Of a stretch of DNA of 64,000 nucleotides, positions 12,202-24,846 are shown piece after piece. Under the pieces are notes generated by a model. That model saw only the letters and a list, made by a program, of their open reading frames with translations, was not told where the DNA came from and ran no database searches. The stretch is from Lytechinus pictus (Eukaryota), in the NCBI RefSeq assembly GCF_037042905.1, contig NC_087245.1, positions 8,868,001 to 8,932,000 on the forward strand, given 5' to 3'. A program made the position numbers and the translations under genes. The stretch's first letter is position 1. Every line of letters begins with the position of its first letter.

Positions 12202-14150
12202 TCATACGAGGTAATTTGTGTATCTGTTATGCAGTTACGACATGGCAACCAAACATTTGGAGGGAAATAAAATACCTCCTTTGGCTGACATGCGATTTTC
12301 TTTTAGTTGCGACAATCTCCATCTTAGCTGAGTCGCTCCTATCGCCCTTTCCACAATTTGTCGTAACTTCGTTACATCAAGATTGTATCGTTCTTCTTCA
12401 GCACTGAGATTTGGTTTAACCACTCTATGTATCACTGATGGGTGAAGATTTCTGTAGGCAGGATCTCCCAAGACGACGTAGTCACCTGGCAAATCGTCAA
12501 GAAACTGCATGAAAGTCATGCTCCACTCTGTTGCTGTTTTGTCGTGTGTTGCTCCAGATAATCCTACATGATTTTTTTTAATTAGTCATCGGGGAGGGCG
12601 GGGCAGGAGAAATAAAAAAGAGAAAAAGAACGTTGTTAAATAATGTACACTGGGGAGGAAGTGGCAGAGTGCCCCATAAATTTATGACTCTAGTATTTGG
12701 TTTTTTTTTAATGGAAACAAAGAAAATTAAATGCTTCCGGAAAAAGGACGTACGTGTTATGACCACCCCACCCCTTATGATTAGTTCCAGGAAAAAAAAA
12801 TCCAGAAAAAGATAATCACTAGGTATAAAGCCTAATTAAAATATCCAAAAAATCTGAAATAGGCATAATATTATAACAATAACAACATAAATTGAGGAAA
12901 ATAATCCTTTCTCAAATAGGATATGCGATATTGGAATATTAAATAGTTCTTGAAAGTGATTGTTTGAAATTGTTTTGAAAACAGGTTGTTTGGATTGATT
13001 TCCTTCCAGTGCTTGGATCAATGACTTTTTCAAGCCTCAAGTTCATCTATAATAACTCTTATATCATTTCCGTGTTGAAAATGTTTTATGAAAACATATT
13101 TACCGGTTATTATATGACGAACTTGCCCAAATTTATCAGTAATGAGTTGGGTATTGATTGAATCACAAGATTTCCCATGACGACCACAAAAATAAGTGTC
13201 TCCCGCGTGGTCTGGACGTTGGATTCGGGAAATGTAGCCATCAATGTAAAGGATCACTTGTTTCATCTTTATGAAGAGAAGAAAAAATACAGGAGTGATT
13301 CACAAATAAACAACAAAATAAACTTTATCCTTCAAAATTAATATAAATATATATAGAATAAACATTCAAACATTCAAATAAACAAATATCATTCCGCCCG
13401 TGATAAGGAGGGGGGGCGGACTCCGGCCCATCAAATACTACGCCTATGCATGTCCCCTTTCTACTTCCAGCATATTCCATCGACACTCGCTGCTCCTTCT
13501 CTTGGTTTAAATACCTTCTTAATATTTTCTCTTTCTTTTTTCTCTCTCTCTTTTTGATCTATTCCCCCCCCCCCATTTACTTCTTCCCTATCTATTTTCT
13601 TTCTCAGTTGCAATCTTACTTCTTTGCATTTCCATCTCTTTTATTTTCATTAATTTCTCTTTCCTTTTCCCCGTGTCGGGAGAAGGTGGATCCAGATTGA
13701 CCATGTGGATGAAGCCTAGATCCACGCCTGCCTATTGGCTAACCAACAATAGCATTAATTACCTACCTGCCCATCTGGCATCTCAATACGTGAACTTAAT
13801 TGCTCGAATTCATGCTCAGCTCTCGGAAGCGAAATATAGTCAGACGCCTTTTCATAGATGAAATTCGTGGTCAATCTGGTATGTCGAAATGCAGTTGAGG
13901 TTGCAATACCCGATGAATGTCCCAGCTGACGATAGTACCCCCCTCCCGCTAGATAATTTAGTAGTGTCTCAATCATTTTTTCTGATTTTAGTTGATCACT
14001 AGGGCCCGCCGCCCTCCATTCATTGAATTCTGCTGCCAGTTGAGTTATTTCATGTACATTTAGCCGACAATTCTTGATGGAAGATTCTGCGGTAGATGCC
14101 GGAACTCTATTATAATTCGGGCGCCGACGATGTTGTCCGAAACGAAACAT
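12202..14150 (-). CDS. Harbinger (HARBI1-like) DDE transposase; exons 14150-13767, 13266-13104, 12563-12202; probable premature stop at 12235-12237
   Basis: GT-AG introns with matching phases (0, then 1). Motifs YLAGGGYYRQLG (HTH region), YIDG, SINTQ, GATHD, LGDPAY and RQIVERAIG; LHN follows just after the TAA. Confidence 0.88.
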
Positions 14151-14567
14151 AGTTGAAATTATAACCAAACAAACAAACAAAAAAATCAAAATAAAATGAG
14201 AAAACTGAACGATGATCACGGCATATGTACATTAGCAACACCAACACCGAACTTGAAATCACGATTTCCCCAATCCCTGGGGGTCGGTGTTGGGGAATGG
14301 GGAAATTGCACGCAGATCGTCAACACCAGCTGTGATGCTCGGTTCAGCAGACGGCATTCAACACCAGCGCTCAACACGAACTACCGGAAATACGTCATAT
14401 TTTCCGAGGTCAACCCCAACACCAGCCTGATTTCAAGTACGGTGTTGTGGCTGGTGTTGGTGTTGTCACAAAACCAACACCAGATTTCAACACCGTACTT
14501 GAAATCACCCAATGTCTGCGGTAAAATTTTCAAGTTCTCTTATTCGGCACTGTGCCTTGGCCTCCTT

Positions 14568-15387
14568 GGGTGGTATTCTGAGATCCATTTTATCTCAGAT
14601 AAAATAAAATATTTTATCTCCGTTAAAATCAGTGAGATAAAATACCCTTAAAATCTCTCCGAATTGGTATTCTGAGAACAATTTTATCTTCATTTTATCT
14701 CTGTAAGACACCTATTTTTTAATAAATATCCAATTAGAAACGCGCTTATCAAGCTCATATCATTCAACCAATGGAAATCCATTCTGCTAGGAGGTGTGGC
14801 GAGGGAGTGAGATTGCGTCAATTTATTGACTTCAAATATGCTTGCACTATACGCTTGCGCGTCTTTACAGAGATTTCTTTTTTTTTTAATGGCAATACTC
14901 TCATCTTTTTTTCGAAGTCTATATCGCATCTTTTCAAGCATCATTTCAAAGACAATATTAGTCAAGAAAAGTCTTATGAAATACTTCCTGATTGCACAGG
15001 AATAACTTTAAGGTGTTGTTGTCAATGAATATATAATTTTTCTTAATTTTCATGCCAACATTTGGAGTTAATTCACCTAGAAATATTGATGAAATCAACG
15101 TCGCTGAGATAAAATAGCCCCTACCCTCTTTTAAGTTTTTTTTTTTTTTTTTCAAAGTAACTTGGGCGCAAGCACATCACCCGCGTTGCAATGGCCAGAT
15201 ATGCGATGGGTATGTCTACGCAGCCACTGCTCGGTTGCGTATCATCATTGATACGCAAGATAAAATTTATTCGCAAGATAAAATTTTAATTTTATCTGAG
15301 AGATAAAATGTCATCTCAGAATATCAATTTCATTTTAAGAGATAAAATGAAATATTTTAAAGATAAAATGACCTCAGAATACCGCCC
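14568..15387. mobile_element. Harbinger-type MITE
   Basis: TIR GGGTGGTATTCTGAG / CTCAGAATACCGCCC, 3-bp TSD CTT, repeated TTTTATCT/AGATAAAA subterminal motifs. Confidence 0.9.
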
Positions 15388-16614
15388 CTTTTCTTTTTCC
15401 TTCTCTTTCAGTGCCTTCCTCTTCTGGTCGACTATGGTGGCAACCCTTCCGTGGAACCCCTTGGTCAGCTTTCTTCCCGCTGTTCTTGCTGTGTTCATGA
15501 TTTCCACCATGTCTTCTTCCTTCGTCCCATCTACCAATTCCCCCGTTCTGTTCAGAGCAAACATGATTGTTGCCTCATTTGCTAACAGGGAAGAATTAGG
15601 GTGCGTCCTCATGAGGTAATCCAAGTATGCAAACAAACGCTCAGTAAATTTATTGTGTTTGTCAACACTGCCTGTTTGAGATCTAGCAGAGATCTTGCTG
15701 AGTTCCCCTAGATGTGCTGAGTGATTTTCCATCACTTTACTGAGAGATGGGAGCATATGATACAGGATAGTTGTATTGAGACCATCATGCTCTGTTGGTT
15801 CTTTCAACTTCTCCAAGATTGGGTCATCTCTGATGGGTTCATGCCAAGGGAGAGTAAGGTTCCCTTCCAAGAAGCTGTAGGGTCTTTGCCTGCATCACTC
15901 AGTAGCTTAATGATGTCACTGTAGATGGGAGGAAGATCTAAAATGTGCACTGCCTTGTTTTCCAGGAGTTGCCAAAGAGGTGTTGTGATGTACTTACTAA
16001 CTAGACCCAGAGCTCTTCAGCCAGCTAGGTAAAATGGCTCCTGGAGGTCAGCTTCAACTGCACGTTGTAGCTTGTTGGTTGCCCCGGTCTCTAGAAATGA
16101 CTTTATGTGCTCAGACAAGAAATATGTATGTGCAGCATTGAAAAAGAGGATATTGAAACAATTCCCTCTGAAAGAAACTAAGGGTAATGATCTCATGTTG
16201 TACTTCTGAAGCATATCCTTGCTGTACACTTTGAACTGCCTATAGTTGCCGGCCTTTTCATCGCCCCCGCGAGCAAAAGCCTTGGATGCTGACTGTACCA
16301 ACCTTAGCACACCATTCTCATGCTTGAATGCAAGTCTCTTGATGGCTGCCCCTGAACCCTTACCCTCAAACTTTTCCTCCTCGACCTTTGCTAGAGTTTT
16401 TTGCTAGAGACTTCTGCATACTGGACAAGACTATGCAGTCCACAGAAGGAGGATTTCATATCATCCTCTATGGGCCTCCTTTCGTTCTCACTTAGGGCTT
16501 CACACATCTGGTAATTTCTGTTGCCGCACGGTCACTCATCGTGTTCCTTATGTGCCCTAGGATTTTTTTGCCAGCATCACTTGCATTCACAGCCACATCA
16601 TCAAGGTCGGCTTA

Positions 16615-18350
16615 TTATAATCACACGGGTCGCGGGCGGGTTCGCAATCACTCGGGTCGCGTTCGAAATCACTCGGGTTTTGGATTTTTGGCGATTTTTT
16701 TTCTAATGGTGTCTTCAATGGGACAAACACGCTGGGAAAATAAAATGAAATTCAAATTTGAGTTTCATTTTAAGCCGGCAAGTGCCTTAAATAAAATGTA
16801 CTTGACTACTGTTTTAACATAACAAACAAGCAAATTAGCTATGTGGCTCAACTAACTTAGAATAGATCCGAACTTCTACTGTGTCCTATACGAGGACTCC
16901 GAGTCGGAACTTGCCATATCTGCCACATCGATATTACATCGTCATTCCCATATGCGGACATGCCTGCATGCAATGGACCCAAGGCGGGACCCGGCCGCAG
17001 TCGGACATGACGTGCATCAGTAGCATGGAGCAAGCTAACGTGAGTCAAGCCGAGGTAGATCCAACGTACGTTATACAGTGCCAGTCAGTCCGCAGCCCGT
17101 CCGAAAGTATTTTATTCAGCGGTATGCATAGCCATCCGTGGTTTAATGCATATACGTAATGAGCTGTGAAGACGATCTTTCCGATCGGCGTTTAAAAATG
17201 TTGCTCTTAGAATTGTCAATTTCTCATAAAATTTGTCTTATTTTATAGATAAAAGGGCCATATCGTGTTTTAAGTAACTGGAGACCTAAACAATTCCCCA
17301 CCTAAAATTCTTTCTCTCTGTCTCTTCTACCCTTCGAAATTGAAACAGTCCTTCAGAAACAGTTTAGACGCAGGACAAATAATGCTCTGACAACCAAACT
17401 AACTTCTCATCAGCATCAGTAAAAATGTGAATGGGCTTTTAAAACTGATCTAAAATTGAACTTAAATCAATTTTGAAATTGATTTCAAAATCGATTTTAA
17501 AATCGTAATTATACCTGTCCTAATAAAGATTATTATTCCGTTTTGTCCTAAAATGCACCAAAAACAGGGAAAAAAAACTTTAAAGGGGAAAAAACAGTGA
17601 CTAATTACTTCGGCTGTCGCGCAACTTCTGTTTACCTGTTTTATTGGAACTTAATACATAAACATATGGCCATTGAGTCCCTGTACAGATCGAGCTAGAA
17701 CTTCGGTCTCTGTATTTGGTGAGTGGAGCCAACGGAGTTCAGCGGAACAACGAACATAACAGAGACCGAAGCTTTTGGTCTAATTACGTGTATATATATG
17801 CATTAAACCACGGATGGCTGGCTATGCATACCGCTGAATAAAATACTTTCGGACGAGCTGCGTACTGACTGGCACTGTAACGTGGGATCTAACTCGGCTC
17901 GACTCACGTTAGCTTGCTCCATGCTACCGATGCACGTCGTGTCTGACCGCGGCCGGGTCCCGCCTTGGGGCCATTTTATGCAGGCATGTCCGCAAACTCC
18001 GCATATGGGAATGACAATGTAATATCGATGTGGCAGATATGGCAAGTTCCGACTCGGAGTCCTCGTATAAGACACAGTAGAAGTCTGGATGTATTCTAAG
18101 ATAGTTGAGCCACATGGCTGATTTGCTTGTTTGTTATGTTAAAACAGTAGTCGAGTACATTTTATTTAAGGCACTTGCCGACTTAAAACGAAACTCGAAT
18201 TTGAATTTCATTTTATTTTCCCAGTCTTGAAGACACTGTTAGAAGGAAAATTGCATCGAAATAAAAAAAATCGCCAAAAATCCAAAACCTGAGTGATTTC
18301 GAACGTGACCCGAGTGATTTTGAACGCGCCCGCGACCCGAGTGATTATAA
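16615..18350. mobile_element. Non-autonomous foldback-type DNA transposon with ~550-bp TIRs
   Basis: 16615-17160 is the reverse complement of about 17782-18350 (ORFs 16881+ and 18075- are near-identical). Termini TTATAATCAC...GTGATTATAA flanked by TA. Confidence 0.92.
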
Positions 18351-19704
18351 TAGACTTGTTGGAAGGTAGACAGGGTGTCCGAAGCTGACTTCGTAGCAAT
18401 GTCTCTCAACTCGAGAACGTAATAGCGTTTGTCATCATCGCTTAGATGGTATCCCATGACTTTGTTTCCATATTTGGATGTCTCATCCGAGTACAAAGTT
18501 GTATTTTCCTTTGACGACACTTCTTGGGCAAGCTGTTCCTGTGCAATGTAGAGCCGCTGTATGTTCATGTTTTCGACTGTTGATTTACTAGGAAGTCTTG
18601 TACATGTTCTCCCTATAAGGTTTTTGACCACAGATTTAATACAAGGAGAAACTTTGGCTACAGCCACATGATTATCTAGTAAATCATACACACATCTGGT
18701 CAAATTTGTGCCATAGCAATTTTTCTCATTGTCATATGTTTCAATGTCTTGATTTTCTAGTCTCTTTATTCTGTCACGTAACTGTTTGTTTTCATCTGTG
18801 AGAAAGGTTATGTCATTTCCCATTTTCTTTACCTTTTCTTCCAATGCTGTGATTTTCATCTCACACTCTTCATGATCTATTTTTTCTTCCAATGTTTTGC
18901 TTTTCTTGCGTTTGTAATCCTCCCTCAGAAGTGCCCATTTTAAGGACTGTTTATTTTGAGTAGCCTTGTCTTTCACATGTTCAAGCTCTTTGTTGGTACA
19001 CTCAAGTTCATGTTTTTGTTCATTACATTGTTTTGTCAACCCCTCTACTGTTCTTTCAAAATTACATACTTCATGCACCTGACAAATCCTAGAACTTTGA
19101 GGCTTCCTTCTCTCAAGCTTGACAGTAGGATATTTATATATGAATTCTTCATATGCTGCATAGACAGACTTCTTTCCATCTTTACCTAATTTATTCCTCT
19201 ACTCTTTTAAACGGGATAAAATAATTTCTACAGTCTTTGGTAATATTTCTAGGTCAGGACATTATGAGATCAAATGCTGTGCAGTTGCTGCTGACGAACT
19301 AACTTTCAACATTACCAAAACTGCTTCATTTGTAAGAGCGTTGTTGCCTTCTTTTTTTCAGGGGGGGGGGGTGATATTAAAGGAAAGAAAAAAAGAAGAG
19401 ACAGATTAGTACTGCAGTTGGAGACTGTCAGGCGATACATGCATCAAATAATATCTGCTTTCCCTGAAAGAAAAGAAAGTTAATGAATGGAGACATATGG
19501 TAGGGCAGGACTTGATTTTGATGGCTATCTTCCATGATATGCTTAAGGAAATAAGAAAGATTACATGGAGCAGGAAAATTAAAAGGATAAAAGAATCTTG
19601 ACTATTGGAAATCAAGTAACAAAGATTGTTGTTTACAAGCTCAAGCCCAGTCAAGGAAAAAGGGTGGTCTACAAATTTTAGCTGAACAAGCTTTGTTTTT
19701 ATGT

Positions 19705-20565
19705 ACCAAATCTCGCGTCATATCACACGCCAAATTGTGCGCCATATAAGCAAGATCGCGCACTAAATCGCGTGCCATATCGTACTCCAGATCGCGCGAT
19801 TTAATTGCGTGTTATATCACACAGCAAATCGCGCGCCATATCATACACCAAATTGCGCATTAAATCGTGCGCCATATCACAAGCCAAATAGCGTGCCATA
19901 ATTACACGCCAAATTGCGCACTAATACCGTGTTTACACTTAATCGGCATTTGGTTCAGAACCAAATGCTGATGCAGAATCGGCATTTGGATTGCGTTTAC
20001 ACGTTGTTACAGCTCGCGGTTCTGAACCGCGAGCCGATGCAAAAACCTGAAATGATACGCATACCAACAATATACGTCATAATAAAGACAATGCTGGATC
20101 AGTGCGCTTACAATTACGTCACAATGGTAAAGTAATTGAAATGCACACAAATTGCCGGTGTAGAATCGGCTTTCTGTTTACACGTAGTAAAAAAAGCTGA
20201 TTCTGCATCGGCTCGCGGTTCAGAACCTACTACTTTGATGGTGCAAATTGCCGGTTCTGAACCGCGAGCCGATTCAAGTTGCTCGCGTTTACACGCTATG
20301 AAAAAGCCGATTCAAATGCCGATTAAGTGTAAACACGGTATAAATCACACACAGATCACGCGCCAAATCTCTCACCAAATTTCATGCCATATCCGAAATC
20401 GCGCGGCATATCACATGCCAAATCACGTGCTAAAGTGCACGCCAAATCATGCGCAACATATCTGCATGCCAAATCGCGCACCAAATTGTATGCCATAACA
20501 CGCGCCAAATTGCATGCCATATCACACGCCAAATCATGCACAACATATCTGTGCAACATATCTGC
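19705..20565. repeat. Degenerate minisatellite (~12/24-bp units, CCAAATCGCGCG/CCATATCACACG)
   Basis: Recurring ccaaat/ccatat units on both sides of the 19925-20340 MITE. Confidence 0.85.
19925..20340. mobile_element. Harbinger-type MITE
   Basis: TIR TACCGTGTTTACACTTAATCGGCATTTG / CAAATGCCGATTAAGTGTAAACACGGTA, TSD TAA. Confidence 0.9.
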
Positions 20566-21575
20566 GTCAACACTTATCTCACACATTACCTTATTACCGG
20601 ATGTACTGGACAAATGCAGAAAGCTGCAGCAAAGTTTCCAGGTCTAGCTTTTGTCCAAGCTCAATCTTTTTCCACAAGTATAATATATGTGTGTCAGTCT
20701 CGTGTACTAGTCGATTTGACATTTTCCGAACCTAGAAATGTTCTTTCCGATTAAGTTTTTTTCTTGATTCGTGTTCCTATGGGGTCCTAGAACAAATTCA
20801 GCTTGGTTGCCCAAAGTTGCCGTTTGGGCAATTTTGCTAATTTGCATAAATCCAAAATGGCCGCCACATGCCCTCTTAAAAAACTAACTTTTGAACCCCT
20901 TGCCCTATAATGATGAGGAAGAACTCCTTTTATGGGTTTAAATGTGTGTAGAATCCATTTCTATTAATATTTTTGCAATATAAGGTCATCTTCAGGTCAA
21001 ATCCAATATGGCCACCAGATGTCATTTTGAAAAATTGAATTTGAACCCCTTGTCCCAGAATGATGAGCAATACCTTTGTTTAGGGGTTTTGGTGTGTGTA
21101 TCTAATCTATTTCTGCTTATCTATTTTGCAATATAAGGTCATCTTCAGGTCAAATCCAAGATGGCCACCAGATGACGCCATCTTGAATATTAACTTTTGA
21201 ATCCTTTGCCCCAGAATCATGAATGATAACTTTATTCGTGAGTCATTTGGTATGTTGATTCAATTTTTGATGTAATTTTGCAATAAAGGAAAATCTTCAG
21301 ATCAAATCCAAGATGGCCGCCAAATGCCATCTTGAAAAGCTTCTAACCGAGGCTTATAGTGTAAGAGCTTATGTAAGGGGATTTCAGTAAAAATACTCAT
21401 TTCTTTTTATTAATTCTCAATTTTAGTTCAAGGGGAAGCCAGATCTGAGATGTTGTCAGACGTTCAAAATTAACTGCTCATCTTAGAATGAATCCTCGTT
21501 AGGTTATGATCAATTTCGCGTGTACTTTTATTTCTTTTAATGTCCATCCATACTTTTGTACTGAAGAGGCTTTAA

Positions 21576-22164
21576 AGGAGAATGAAACTCTTGGAGCAAG
21601 TTAGCTTTTGTGAAAGCAGAAAAATCAAAGAACAAGATCAACAAAATTTTGAGTAAAATAGGACTAGCAATAGAAGAGTTATGAGCATTTGAATGTCGAG
21701 ATCACTAATGCTATGGAGATCCTCCCATTGGCAATGCGACCAAGATCTATGATGTCACAGATGAACAACTCTCCCCTTTTGGACACTGAAAATATACCCC
21801 AAAACATCTCTTTTTGCTCATTCTAATCATATGACAAACGATTCATCAATGATATAATGTTGTGAAACCTCTGTACTTGTCCTCTCATAAAGAGAACACC
21901 TCACATTGTGATAGACTCTGTAAAAGTGAGAATATAAGTGAAATAAGTACTAAAGTAATGAGGGAGTTGTACGTGTGTGACATCACAGATCTTGGTCGCA
22001 TTGCCAATTGGAGGATCTACCGTATATGGCATTAGTGATCTCAATATTCAAATGCTCATAACTTTCTTATTATTCATTCAATCTTCCTCAAACTTTCAAC
22101 AATATGTTTCTTTGATTTTTCTCTTTGATATGGATTCAGCTGGTTTCAAGGGTTTCATTCTCCT
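21576..22164. mobile_element. Kolobok-type MITE inside the left Academ TIR
   Basis: TIR AGGAGAATGAAAC / GTTTCATTCTCCT, TTAA TSD on both sides, long internal inverted repeats. Confidence 0.88.
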
Positions 22165-22329
22165 TTAAAGTCTTTTTTTAATTTAAAAGTATTTTCTCCA
22201 TATTTTTCCTAAATCAAAGTGTCCAATGATAGGTAGGCATCAGTTCCTCTAGGGTCGCTGGGGTTTACATTTTCGATAGTGGCTGTAGAGCTCCGCTCTA
22301 TAGAGTGGCAGTCTCTAAAGCAAATTTGT

Positions 22330-23420
22330 ACAGATGAAGGAGAATGGCGCTGAGACAGGTTCAAATAGTGATGCTGCCCTAGCCTTCCTCCTTGGTCTTT
22401 GGCCTGCCAATGTAGCATTATGATTATTTTCTGACGTCTTGACCCCTGTACTTAGTAGCTCTCCATAGATGACGACTATCATCTACATCTTCAAAAGTGT
22501 TAGTGTTTATGCCGGCCAAGTTTTATGTCACGTTTGCAGGTGTGTTTATAACGGAGGTGTGATCTATCTGGGGACCAATCACATAGCTCACCTTACATTG
22601 GTGAATCCCTTCTAGAATTTGCCAAAGTTTCATGCGGCGAACATGCCCCCAACCACTTGAGGCACCTTTCACTAAGGAGCGAGAATAAGCTGGTGATGCC
22701 AACATGCACGTACGCTGAAGGGCCTTATATGTTTCACTCTGTCCTGCCATTTCATGTGCAGGATATGTCCGAGGAAGCTGACATGGAAGGTGTTTAGCTG
22801 CTTTTCTTGATCGGCGTACGTTTTCGAAGACTTATTTCCATTCAGGAGCTTGGCCATGGCTGTGACAGATATTCCCATCATGGTGCTTGCCTCCTTGTCC
22901 AGTGAAAGAGAACTAGAGACAGATAGTCAATCCAAGGTAGGTGAGGAGTCCACCACAACCAGACAAGTGCGTGCTGTTGATAGAGATATCTGGAGGACAG
23001 TCAGTGTCTTGAGTCTATCAGGATTTCTTTCTTACAGGCTGATGGGTGATCTAAACTCCGTACATGCACAGGACAGGTGGCTGTATTACTAGGTCTTGTA
23101 GGCCTACTCCCGCTTCTATATGAAAGGTTGAAGAGTTTCCCATCTGCTCTGGTACGGATATACATGTAGATGTCTTCTGTGCATCCGTGAAATGCATACT
23201 GAGGAAGCATGAAGAAGATCCCAAATGAGTGTCAGGGCCAGGCGCAGCATAATTGCTTCACGCCACTGCTCACAGGAACTGAGGGAAGCTACCAGATGTT
23301 TCAGCATTGTAGCAAACTGTGCTCATGGAATGATGTGACCATGGATCAGATTTGGGGGCCTATCTTCTACAGGAGGCTAAAAAGTGCACTCGTGCTGACC
23401 AAGTCAAAGGCTTTTGTCAG
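22330..23420 (-). mobile_element. Decayed RTE-clade LINE reverse transcriptase fragment
   Basis: Minus-strand remnants LTKAFDLVS, GVKQ, RTRADGKLFNL and QEKQLNTFHVSFLGHILHMKWQDRV. Confidence 0.8.
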
Positions 23421-24494
23421 GACGAAAAGTCCAATGATTATTATAAAGGATGGTAATAAGTTAACCAATTTTCTGAAAATACTGAAAAATCACTTTTTGA
23501 TTAAAAAATAATACTTTGAAGTCCTTTCAATAGAAAAATATGGCTGGACATGAAAAAATGATGAGAATTCCCGAAATGGGTCATAGCCCAAACCTTGAAT
23601 GGTTTCATTCTAAGGTGAGCGATTAATGCCGAAATATATCAACCATCTGACCATCTGAGACCTGACTTGACCACTAAAAATGGAGAAATTAAAAGAAATG
23701 AATCATTCTTACTGAAATACCCTTACATGAGCTCCCACACATAATAGTAACCCTCTTTAGGACAGCGTGTACTTTTTGGGGAGAGTACTTCTTCAAGGTT
23801 CAAAGTTCGATAGTCTCGGGAAGTAGTTTTTCTTATATAGCGTTTAGCGGCCATCTTTTTTTAAAATCTGAATGATCCTATATTTATTACCAGAAATGGA
23901 ATCAACATATCAAATAACTCACGAAAAGAGGTATTATTCATGATTCGTGGACAAAGGGTTCAGAAGTAATTTTTTTCAAAATGGCGTCATCTGGCGGCCA
24001 TCTTGGATTTGACCTGAAGATGACATTATATTGCAAAATAGATAGCAGAAAGAGATTCTACACACCCCAAAACCCCTAAACAGAGCTATTACTCGTCATT
24101 CTGGGGCAAGGGGATCAAAAGTCAATTTTTCAAGATGGCATCTGGTGGCCATCTTGGATTTGACCTGAAGATGACCTTATATTGCAAAAATGATAAAAGA
24201 AATCGATACTACACCCCCCCTAATCCTTTAAAAAGAGTCTTTAATCATCACTTTGGGGCAAGGGGTTCAAAAGTTTAGTCTTTAAGATGGCATCTGGCGG
24301 CCATTATGGATTTATGCAAATTAGCAAATTGCCCAAACGGCAACTTTTGGCAACCAAGCTGAATTTGTTCTAGGACCCCATAAGAACACGATCCAAGAAA
24401 AAAACTTCATCGGAAAGAACATTTCTAGGTTGGTGTATTGAGCCTATGGGACTGTCAAATCGACTATACATGGTGCATTTGCAATCATTTTTAT

Positions 24495-24846
24495 CAAATC
24501 AATCCCAAGGGTGACTGTACCATTCTCTATTCCAGAACTTATCAAGCTTGGCTTTGAAGGAGTTTACAGATGGAGCAGAGACAACTTCATTTGGTAGCGA
24601 GTTCCAGTCATGCACTATTATGGCTCCGAAGGCATTTGCTCTTACATCCAGTCTATTTCTTTTCTTGAAGAGGTTAAATGGGTGACCTCGGGTTGCCTCA
24701 ACAGTAATAGACGAGAAGAACATATCCTTGTCAAGCCAGTCGATTCCATGCATTATTTTATAAGTCTGGATCATGTCACCTCTTCTCATTCTGTATTGCA
24801 GGGATGGTAGTTTTAGGGCTCGAAGTCTGTCTCCATAGTCTAGCAT
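24495..24846 (-). mobile_element. 3' end of a CR1-clade LINE ORF2
   Basis: YGDRLRALKLPSLQYRMRRGDMIQTYKI...TRGH...WNSLPNEVVSAPSVNSFKAKLD is the typical CR1 C-terminus. Confidence 0.9.

Larger units (their letters stand above)
10204..14510. mobile_element. PIF/Harbinger autonomous-type element, left terminus missing
   Basis: Convergent Myb-like gene (+) and DDE transposase (-). Right terminus ...CAACACCGTACTTGAAATCACCC at 14510 with many CAACAC(C) subterminal motifs. No matching left TIR found. Confidence 0.85.
14511..19078 (-). pseudogene. Large hAT-like DDE transposase pseudogene with an N-terminal coiled coil, interrupted by insertions
   Basis: Motifs in order: LYSDETSK, TKSASDTL, NTMSDRAATE, SFCGLH (CxxH), GGDEKAG, GNCFNILFFNA, HNKFTERLFA. 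The frame rejoins across the 16615-18350 and 14568-15387 inserts; other frameshifts and stops are present. Exact superfamily uncertain. Confidence 0.75.
20708..24466. mobile_element. Academ-like non-autonomous DNA transposon with very long TIRs
   Basis: Termini TAGTCGATTTGACA...TGTCAAATCGACTA with 3-bp TSD TAC. Inverted similarity runs ~850-900 bp inward and includes ~120-bp subrepeats (GGTCATCTTCAGGTCAAATCCAAGATGGC). TAG...CTA ends with 3-4 bp TSD fit Academ. Confidence 0.8.

Noticed and set aside
19705..20565. Regular repeats suggestive of a CRISPR array or a repeat protein
   Set aside because: Degenerate tandem minisatellite with no unique spacers, in a eukaryotic context with no cas genes.
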